A DNA stretch of 64,000 nt, taken from assembly GCA_944381325.1 (NCBI GenBank), contig CALWKS010000004.1:85189-149188 (forward strand). Reading direction: 5' to 3'. This stretch comes from an uncultured Christensenellaceae bacterium. Its GTDB lineage: Bacteria; Bacillota; Clostridia; Christensenellales; UBA3700. Under the pieces are notes generated by a model that saw nothing but the letters and a program-made list of their open reading frames with translations, was not told the DNA's origin and ran no database searches. Position 1 is the first letter of the stretch, and every line of letters begins with the position of its first letter. This document shows positions 38,767 to 46,119 of the stretch, piece by piece. The position numbers were made by a program, and so were the translations under genes.

Positions 38767-39797
38767 TTAAGATCCCTCTTTTCGAATGCTATGTGATTGA
38801 TTGCCGTCATTGCCGCGAACCATACCGTTGTGACCGCAATCATAGAATATATGCTCATGCCGCGTATAGGCGCGCCCGTCGGCGTAAGACCTGCCGCCCA
38901 GTTGAGATTGGTGAACAGTCCCACGAAAGGAATGCCCGTGTTGTAAAGAAGAGCGGCAACCGTGTCTGCAAAAAGGTACAGCACCAAAGGTATCGCCAAA
39001 GATCCCGTCTTCGTAAAGAACGTGCCCACGAAAACCGTGAACTGTATTACCACCGCAAGGGCAACGGCATTGAACAGAACAAGAAGACAAATTGCCGCGT
39101 ATGGGTTGATTACAGCCACATTCTGATAAGCGTCGACCAGCACGACGTCATAAGTCGTACCGTTGAACGCTATCGCGCCGATCACCATAAACAGCACCGT
39201 AAATACGATGCCGAGAGTCATACTGCTGACAAACGTCGCGGTGTATTTTGCACTCAGAAGCACTCCCCTTTTTACGGGACGGGTAAGCTGCATACGCATT
39301 GTTCCGTCTTCGAGTTCTCCCGCAAAACAGCGTGCCGCGAGCACGATCGCCATTATAATCACAAATGAGAAAGCAACCTGCATCATCGTGGTTACGTAAT
39401 CGCTGGAACTCATATTAAGAGAACCGAGAGAGCCGAGCGTTATCAGCTTGTTTATATCAACTCCGTGCTCTTGGCAATATTCGCATATCGCGATCATGTT
39501 TCTGAGTTCCGTCTCAGTGGTATCGCCCGGTTTCACCTCAACCTGACCGCTCTCTACAAGCGCCAGATATTCGTTCAGCTGAAGTCTGTAAGCCTCTGCC
39601 ATCTCTCCCGGACTCAGCTCTACTGTAGTATCGCCGAGAACGCTATCGTCCATACCTTCAAGAGCTTCTCCCAGCCAGCTGAACGTAGCTGTTATGATAA
39701 GACAGAGCGCGAGTATCACTATTGCAAAGATCCAGAAACCCTTTGAAGAGAATACCTTTTTGCATTCCAGAGAAAATACCGTAAAAAATCCTTTCAT
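38763..39797 (-). CDS. ABC-2 type transporter permease
   Basis: 344 aa; N-terminal TM helix, large loop, then 5 or more TM helices; 4-nt overlap with the ATPase gene. Confidence 0.7.
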   Translation of the reverse strand: MKGFFTVFSLECKKVFSSKGFWIFAIVILALCLIITATFSWLGEALEGMDDSVLGDTTVELSPGEMAEAYRLQLNEYLALVESGQVEVKPGDTTETELRNMIAICEYCQEHGVDINKLITLGSLGSLNMSSSDYVTTMMQVAFSFVIIMAIVLAARCFAGELEDGTMRMQLTRPVKRGVLLSAKYTATFVSSMTLGIVFTVLFMVIGAIAFNGTTYDVVLVDAYQNVAVINPYAAICLLVLFNAVALAVVIQFTVFVGTFFTKTGSLAIPLVLYLFADTVAALLYNTGIPFVGLFTNLNWAAGLTPTGAPIRGMSIYSMIAVTTVWFAAMTAINHIAFEKRDLK

Positions 39798-40822
39798 TTG
39801 GTCAGCTCCTTATACATCTCTTCAAGAGTGCGCGTCTTGACGTTGAAACTCATGACCGAGATTCCGTTCTCGATAAGAGTCTTGTTTATCTCGGCTATAT
39901 TGCCGCCCTTTACCTCTACGTAAAGAGTCGTGCCCTGCACCTTTGTGCGGAAGCCGAATTTTTCACCGACAAGCGCTCCTGCACGGTTGGGCTCGTCGCA
40001 TACTATCGCAAGTATCGAAGTGTCGCCCAATCCCTGCTCTATCTCCTTCTTCGTCTTGACTGCGACCAGTCTGCCGCGCGCAATAAAAGCCACTCTGTCG
40101 CACAGGGTCTGCATCTCCCCGAGTATATGAGATGAGAAAAGCACGGTGGTGCCGTATTCGTCCCTCAGCTTTCTGATCAGCTCTCTCACCTGAACTATGC
40201 CGTCGGGATCGAGTCCGTTTATCGGCTCGTCGAGTATCAGAAGCTCGGGCTTGTGCATTATCGCCTGCGCTATACCCAGTCTCTGACGCATGCCCATAGA
40301 ATAAGTTCCGACGCGGGTATTTATTCTGTCCGTGAGTCCAACGATATCTACGATATCCCTTATTCTCTGCTCAGGCAGTCCGCCCTGCAAACGGGCAAGA
40401 TAATTCAGATTCCACCACCCCGTACGCTTGTTGAAAAACACGGGGGTTTCTATCTGCGCGCCGATTTTAGCCATAAAAGCTTCTTTGTCTTTCTTGCAGT
40501 CGAGACCGCCGAGTTTTACTTCTCCGCTGTCAGGAACAACCAGACCTGTAACCGCCTTTATCAGAGTCGATTTTCCCGCTCCGTTGGGTCCGAGTATGCC
40601 GAAAATTTCGCCCTTGCCTATATCGAGCGACACGTCGTCGAGCGCGGTTATTCCGTCCCCCTTTTTCGTAAGGCGCGAGATTCCTTTCCTGAACACCTTG
40701 GATACGTGCTTGATGCTGAGATAAGGCTCTTTTATTTCGTAGTTTTCCGCCTTTGTCTCAGGTTTCGCTTCTGAGCGGACCTCAGGCTGAGCGGCTTTTA
40801 CGAGTTCGGAAAATTCTTCCAT
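39794..40822 (-). CDS. ABC transporter ATP-binding protein (ABC-2 exporter type, extra C-terminal domain)
   Basis: GPNGAGKST, YSMGMRQR (signature-like) and LLILDEP motifs; start at MEEFSELV (ATG 40822, AAGGAGAG upstream). Confidence 0.85.
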   Translation of the reverse strand: MEEFSELVKAAQPEVRSEAKPETKAENYEIKEPYLSIKHVSKVFRKGISRLTKKGDGITALDDVSLDIGKGEIFGILGPNGAGKSTLIKAVTGLVVPDSGEVKLGGLDCKKDKEAFMAKIGAQIETPVFFNKRTGWWNLNYLARLQGGLPEQRIRDIVDIVGLTDRINTRVGTYSMGMRQRLGIAQAIMHKPELLILDEPINGLDPDGIVQVRELIRKLRDEYGTTVLFSSHILGEMQTLCDRVAFIARGRLVAVKTKKEIEQGLGDTSILAIVCDEPNRAGALVGEKFGFRTKVQGTTLYVEVKGGNIAEINKTLIENGISVMSFNVKTRTLEEMYKELTK

Positions 40823-41003
40823 TTCTCTCCTTTCCTTTTTATTGTTGCACACGCAAAGTCAATTTTATGCGACGGCGTTATTTTTTAGCCGCGGCAATTG
40901 CAAAACGTTTGCGGATATGTTATTATAGATTTTACCATAATAGTTTAGCATAAATATATACTTTTTTCAATATCGAATTGAAATTTGTGCAAAGGAGGGA
41001 GAA

Positions 41004-42455
41004 ATGGGTCTTTGCCGTATGTCCGAAGAAGGCATCAGAAGCGGCTGTCTTATACTTGACAACAAGTTTGTTTCAGACTATATGCCTGAAGCGGACGAAG
41101 TTCAGATAAAAGTTTATCTTCTCGGACTTTCGCTCTGCTCGAAACCCGATTCCCCCGACAACTCCGCTCAGAATTTCTGCAATACGCTTTCTATCTCTCA
41201 GGAACAGCTTTCCTCTGCTTTCGAATACTGGAAAAAAGAAGGACTGGTTACCGTGATTTCCCTCGACCCTCTCGAAGTGCGTTACAACTCCGTGCGCGGT
41301 CTCGAAGAAAAAATGCGTTATTACAAGCCTTCCAAATATAAAGAATTCAACGCTCAGCTCAACGAGATCTTCCCCGACAGAGTGCTTACCGAATCGGATT
41401 ATCTGAAATATTACGACTTTATTGAAAGCACTCATATGCCGCAGGAAGTCATGCTGATGATAGCGAGATACTGCGTGAATTACAAGGGCTCGGATATACG
41501 CGAAAAATATATCCTCACCGTCGCTCAGGCATGGCACGAAGGCGGCGTGCGCACCGTTCAGGACGCAGAAGCGTTTATATCTCAGCAGGAATCTTCGACA
41601 GAAGCTCTGCGCCTTATCGCAAAGACTCTGGGCAAGAAATCTGAAATCGACCTTGACGACAGACAGCTTTACATAAAGTGGACCCAGAGCTGGGGCTTCG
41701 ACCTCAGCGGTATACTCTTCGCCGCAAAGCAATGCAAAAAACGCGGCGGAATGGAAAGATTGGACAAAGTGCTCGACGAATATTTCACGCGCAACTGCCT
41801 TACCGCAACCGATATGCAGGCTTACAGCGACGAAAAACAGAATATGTTTGATCTCGCAAAGGACGTAACGCGCATTATCGGCGTAAGATACGAAAACCTC
41901 GACACTGTCATTACCCATTACATCTGCGTGTGGCTGTCTCAGGGCTTTGACAACGATGCGGTGCTGCTCGTTGCCGAATACTGCTTTGAAAACTCTATCC
42001 GCTCTCTCAGCGGTATGAATATGATGATATCCAGGTTTTACAAGCAGGGCTGCGTAAACGTTGAAAGCATAAACGAATATATCGGTCAGCTCGTCGAACG
42101 CGAAAAGAAGATCAAGGCAGTGCTCGAAGCCGCGGCAAGCAGTCGTATGGTGACCCAGAGCGACCGCGACGCTTACACGCTGTGGACAGACTGGGGCTTT
42201 GACGACGAAGTAATACTATATTGCGCCAATGCGTCGCAGGGCAAACCTCAGGCTACCGGCAATATTACAAAACTGCTTACGCGTTGCAAAGAAGCTAAAG
42301 TCTTCGATCTTGCCAAGGTCAAAGAACTGCTCTCTTGCTCTCCTTCAAAAACTGAAAAGCAGGAACAGAGCGGCAAACTCGAACGCCGTTATACAAAAGA
42401 GGAAATGGGCTCGTTGTTCGGCGATCTGCAGAATTACGACGATATAGAGATTTAG
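41004..42455 (+). CDS. replication initiation/membrane attachment protein with DnaD-like domains (B. subtilis DnaB-type)
   Basis: 483 aa; AAGGAGGG upstream; size, repeated DnaD-like segments and pairing with a DnaI-like gene 2 nt downstream. Confidence 0.6.
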   Translation: MGLCRMSEEGIRSGCLILDNKFVSDYMPEADEVQIKVYLLGLSLCSKPDSPDNSAQNFCNTLSISQEQLSSAFEYWKKEGLVTVISLDPLEVRYNSVRGLEEKMRYYKPSKYKEFNAQLNEIFPDRVLTESDYLKYYDFIESTHMPQEVMLMIARYCVNYKGSDIREKYILTVAQAWHEGGVRTVQDAEAFISQQESSTEALRLIAKTLGKKSEIDLDDRQLYIKWTQSWGFDLSGILFAAKQCKKRGGMERLDKVLDEYFTRNCLTATDMQAYSDEKQNMFDLAKDVTRIIGVRYENLDTVITHYICVWLSQGFDNDAVLLVAEYCFENSIRSLSGMNMMISRFYKQGCVNVESINEYIGQLVEREKKIKAVLEAAASSRMVTQSDRDAYTLWTDWGFDDEVILYCANASQGKPQATGNITKLLTRCKEAKVFDLAKVKELLSCSPSKTEKQEQSGKLERRYTKEEMGSLFGDLQNYDDIEI

Positions 42456-42456
42456 T

Positions 42457-43395
42457 ATGAGATATCCTAAAAAATACACAAGGCTTATATCGGCGCGTTA
42501 CGCCGCGCTCAGAGAAAGAGAAGAACGCGATCAGCAGAAGCGTTGCGCCGTCGCACGCAAAGATCCTGAATTCGCTGAGGCGGAAAAGGTCTATACCGAC
42601 GCATCTATAACCTTCGCACGCGCCAAAGTTTTAAAAGAAGATTATTCTGACGAAGAACGCGCATATAACGATGCAAAAGCTGTAGTCGACCGCATCTTAA
42701 AAGAAAAAGGATACGATCTTTCTCTTCACGTCCACTGCAAAAAGTGCGGAGATACGGGATTCGTCGGCGAAAAACTCTGCTCTTGCGCTATGCCGCTTTA
42801 CCTTGCAATGGTCAAGGAAGACAGCGGTATAAGCCGCATCCCCAAAGTAACCTTTGACGACAACCGCGTTGCTGACACCGACTGCGCGCAAAGCAAACAG
42901 CTCACCGTGCTGTATGACAAGATGAAAGAATTCTGCGACCGCTTCCGCGATACGCGCGTGAAATTCATTCTTCTTACTGGGCAGTCCGGCGTAGGAAAAA
43001 CCACTCTCGCCTATGCGATCGCCAACGCGCTGCTTGAAAAGGGCGTTTCGGTTTGTTTCCTTACAGCATTCGAATTCAACAACCTTATGCTCCGCTATCA
43101 CACTACAAATGTGGCGGCAAGAGCGCAGTATATGGAGTTTCTTCTTGATTGCGACATGCTTATTATCGACGACCTCGGCACTGAGCCTGTTCTTAAAAGC
43201 GTTACCAAAGAATATCTCTACAACGTTGTCGATTCACGCGTAGTCAGCGGCAAAAAGACAATGATAACGTCCAACCTTAATCTCGAAGAACTGATGCTGC
43301 GTTACGGTGAACGCACCGTATCCCGTATGACAGACAAGACTTATTCAGTAACACGTGAACTGTTAGGCGACGATCTGAGAAAATTCAGATTCTGA
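42457..43395 (+). CDS. dnaI: helicase loader ATPase DnaI/DnaC family
   Basis: 312 aa; N-terminal zinc motif CKKCGDTGF...CSC; Walker A GQSGVGKT; Walker B LLIIDDLG. Confidence 0.8.
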   Translation: MRYPKKYTRLISARYAALREREERDQQKRCAVARKDPEFAEAEKVYTDASITFARAKVLKEDYSDEERAYNDAKAVVDRILKEKGYDLSLHVHCKKCGDTGFVGEKLCSCAMPLYLAMVKEDSGISRIPKVTFDDNRVADTDCAQSKQLTVLYDKMKEFCDRFRDTRVKFILLTGQSGVGKTTLAYAIANALLEKGVSVCFLTAFEFNNLMLRYHTTNVAARAQYMEFLLDCDMLIIDDLGTEPVLKSVTKEYLYNVVDSRVVSGKKTMITSNLNLEELMLRYGERTVSRMTDKTYSVTRELLGDDLRKFRF

Positions 43396-43500
43396 TTTTC
43401 ACCTGCCCGTGTTCGTTAAACGTGTATATAGCGATACATCTGCAAATTTCCGCTTCTTCCGTCAAATTACTTAAGACAGAAGAAGCGTTTGTTTTTGAAC

Positions 43501-44898
43501 TTATTTACCGAACTTCTCCAGTTCAGAAAGCAATGTCAGTTCTTCGAGAGAACCGCACCCGTCGAAAGCTCCTTCCCTAATAAACTTGAGCCCTTCAGGA
43601 ATAAATACGCTGACCAGTTTATTGCAACCTGCGAACATTCCTGCGCTTATCTCTGTTATACCCTTGCTCATTTTCACCTTTATCAGTTCTCTGCACCCTT
43701 CAAACAAAGCGTCGCCCGTTCTGATCACGCTGTCAGGCAACGTTATTTCTTTTGCCTTTATCCCGTTGAAAGCCCTTTCTCCTATCTCTTTCAACCCGTC
43801 GCCGAAAGTGATCTTTTTTAAATCTCTGCAACCTGCAAAGGCGCTTTTCCCCAGATACTCCGCTCCGCAAGGAATATTGAACGCTGAAAGCTTGATGCAA
43901 AGCGCAAATGCGTAGTCTCCTATCCTCTTTACGCCCTGTCCGATATCAACACTCTGAAGTCCGGCACACCTGCAAAAAGCGCTGTCGTCGATCTCTACGA
44001 CGCTGTCAGGCAAAGTTATTTTTTTAAGATTGCGGCAAAGATAAAATGCGTTTTCCCCGACAGAAAAGAGACCTTCAGGCAAATTTACGCTTTTGAGATT
44101 TTCACAGTGCGCAAAAGCGCTGTCGTCGATCTTGTTGACTTCAGCGCCCAGAACTACCTTTTTAAGACAAGTGCAACCGTAAAAAGTTTTACGGTTTATC
44201 CTTCTGACCAACGAAGGCAGAGTTATTTCTTTGAGCGAAACGCATCTTTCGAATGCGTGCGCGCCTATGTATTTAATATTGTCTGGCAAAAGTATTGTTT
44301 TAAGCGAATCGCACCCCTTAAACGCACCGCCATCAATTCTCTCTATCCCCGACGGCAATTTTATTTTTTCAAGAGCCTTACATCCTGCAAAAGCATTGTC
44401 AGCTATCACCTCTGCGCTCGCAGGCAAAATTACGCTTTTTAATGCAGTACAGTTTTCAAACATCCCCTTCTGCACTACCATAAGCGAATCGGGGAGTTTC
44501 ACACTTTCAAGCGTGCTGCAGTCTTTGAACATCTCCGTTCCCGGGTCTTCCAGCGAGCCCAGATCTGCGCTTTTAAGCGATTTACACCCGCAGAAAGCCT
44601 GCTCCCCTGAATACAGCACGCTTGACGGCAACTCAAGTTTCTTCAGATTAATACAGTCTTTAAAAGCACGCTTGCCTATCCACAAGAGTTTGTCCGGTAA
44701 TTTTACTGAGCTGAACTTCTTCCCTTTAAAAACGTCGTCTTCTATCGCAACGGCTTGTTCAGGCAAAACAAGCTCACCCACGGTATCTCCGCTGCAAGAA
44801 GTAATCACACCGTCTTTCAGAATGAAAGCAACACCGTCAACCACAACTTTTGCGCTTACAAGCTCTTTAACCCCTGAATCTGACACAATGTTTCCCAA
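43501..44898 (-). CDS. BspA-type leucine-rich repeat protein without signal peptide
   Basis: 465 aa; about 17 repeats of the pattern IPxxVxxIGxxAFxxCxxLKxI; hydrophilic N-terminus; GGAGG upstream. Confidence 0.85.
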   Translation of the reverse strand: MGNIVSDSGVKELVSAKVVVDGVAFILKDGVITSCSGDTVGELVLPEQAVAIEDDVFKGKKFSSVKLPDKLLWIGKRAFKDCINLKKLELPSSVLYSGEQAFCGCKSLKSADLGSLEDPGTEMFKDCSTLESVKLPDSLMVVQKGMFENCTALKSVILPASAEVIADNAFAGCKALEKIKLPSGIERIDGGAFKGCDSLKTILLPDNIKYIGAHAFERCVSLKEITLPSLVRRINRKTFYGCTCLKKVVLGAEVNKIDDSAFAHCENLKSVNLPEGLFSVGENAFYLCRNLKKITLPDSVVEIDDSAFCRCAGLQSVDIGQGVKRIGDYAFALCIKLSAFNIPCGAEYLGKSAFAGCRDLKKITFGDGLKEIGERAFNGIKAKEITLPDSVIRTGDALFEGCRELIKVKMSKGITEISAGMFAGCNKLVSVFIPEGLKFIREGAFDGCGSLEELTLLSELEKFGK

Positions 44899-44923
44899 AT
44901 CACTAACCTCCGATAATACAATT

Positions 44924-44959
44924 ATTGGTTATATTTGAATTATACCATTGGTTATATTT
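44924..44959. repeat. two 13-bp direct repeats ATTGGTTATATTT, 23 bp apart, overlapping the LRR-gene promoter
   Basis: exact copies at 44924..44936 and 44947..44959; one lies in the -35/-10 spacer, the other just downstream of the -10. Confidence 0.8.
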
Positions 44960-44967
44960 ATTGTCAA
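44939..44967 (-). promoter_or_regulatory. perfect consensus promoter TTGACA-17 nt-TATAAT for the LRR gene
   Basis: read on minus strand: -35 at 44962..44967, -10 at 44939..44944. Confidence 0.75.
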
Positions 44968-44984
44968 CAAAGTGACAGCAAAAA

Positions 44985-45010
44985 ATCGCGTTCTTTTATA
45001 TGAACGCGAT
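44985..45010. terminator. bidirectional terminator after the TM/PH-like gene
   Basis: ATCGCGTTC-ttttatat-GAACGCGAT flanked by an A-run and a T-run. Confidence 0.75.
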
Positions 45011-45030
45011 TTTTTCCATAAAACAGATTT

Positions 45031-45567
45031 TCAGTTGTTCTCTGCCGTAACCGTTTTTGACTTGTTTGTCAATTCGTTTAAAATATATAGGACAAAGGTA
45101 CTGTCATACAAAATAAATTCAGTATTTTCCGCACCGGACTCGATATTCAATCCTTTTTCAGAGCGCTGACAACTGCTCACATCTTCTTTAAGAATGAGTT
45201 TCCTAAAAGGTTCTTTATCCGTCGCATACCCGTAGAATTCAAGCGTATGTTCGGTAACGATAAGCCATCCGATATTTCCTCTGCTCTTTGCCATTCCTTC
45301 ACCGAGAATTTTGCGTTTTTTTGCTACTTCCCGTCTTAAATCTGACATTTGTCTTGTCAAGGTTTTAAGCAATATTTTATATATAACGTATGGCATAATA
45401 CCTGTAAATGCTCCGTAAAACACGCCGAAAATTATCCCCGTAAATATAGCGACACCTGCATTTTCGAAAACGATTGAAAAAATCACCGACATTATCACAA
45501 GCATTATACTTCCGACAATCGCCCCTATGATTAAAGATTTTTTAGTATTCATCTTATCGTAAAGCAT
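45031..45567 (-). CDS. membrane protein with C-terminal PH/GRAM-like domain, hypothetical
   Basis: 178 aa; two N-terminal TM helices, basic linker, beta-rich C-terminal domain (GWLIVTEHTLEFYGY...). Confidence 0.6.
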   Translation of the reverse strand: MLYDKMNTKKSLIIGAIVGSIMLVIMSVIFSIVFENAGVAIFTGIIFGVFYGAFTGIMPYVIYKILLKTLTRQMSDLRREVAKKRKILGEGMAKSRGNIGWLIVTEHTLEFYGYATDKEPFRKLILKEDVSSCQRSEKGLNIESGAENTEFILYDSTFVLYILNELTNKSKTVTAENN

Positions 45568-45595
45568 ACAATATCCCCTTTATTCTCACGTTGCA

Positions 45596-45895
45596 TCAGT
45601 TGTTGTCGTAAGGCGTGTCGAACGATGAAATGTTAACGCTCTTTTTCTCAGTCGCAATGCTACCATAGTCATTTTTTACACGTGAATTTTCTATAAGTAT
45701 CGCAGCACCTTGCAACAGACAACTTATCGTCAAAGATATTAACGCACCGCCTAATATTACGATAAATCCCATAAGCACCATAATATCTCCGCCCGTCATC
45801 ATAACAATGCCTCCGATGACAGACCCGAGAAATCCGCCGATAGCATAAATATTAGCTAAGACTTTTATTACTTTTGCAACAGTTTTTTCTTTCAT
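45596..45895 (-). CDS. small Gly-rich two-TM membrane protein, hypothetical
   Basis: 99 aa from MKEKTVAKVIKVL (ATG 45895, GGAGG upstream). Confidence 0.55.
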   Translation of the reverse strand: MKEKTVAKVIKVLANIYAIGGFLGSVIGGIVMMTGGDIMVLMGFIVILGGALISLTISCLLQGAAILIENSRVKNDYGSIATEKKSVNISSFDTPYDNN

Positions 45896-46071
45896 AAATA
45901 CCTCCGTATGTCTTCTTCCTTTTGAGACAGTTTTCAAATATTTATTTATATCTGAAATGATCTATCAGATTATAACAAACGCTTAATGCCAGCTTGTGGC
46001 AAACATTATTATTCATTCGGTTTTTATAAGTTTTTTCTTGTCAAGCCGTCCGGCAACTCGTATCCCCTTTG

Positions 46072-46100
46072 TTGACAGGTTTATGTTTTTAAGTTAAACT
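46072..46100 (+). promoter_or_regulatory. promoter TTGACA-17 nt-TAAACT for the dual-HTH gene
   Basis: -35 at 46072..46077, -10 at 46095..46100. Confidence 0.5.
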
Positions 46101-46119
46101 TTCATACGGGGGACAAACT

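Noticed and set aside
40823-41003. oriC-like region next to the dnaB/dnaI-type genes at the strand switch
   Set aside because: No TTATCCACA-type DnaA boxes or AT-rich 13-mer-like unwinding element were seen, and no dnaA/dnaN is nearby.
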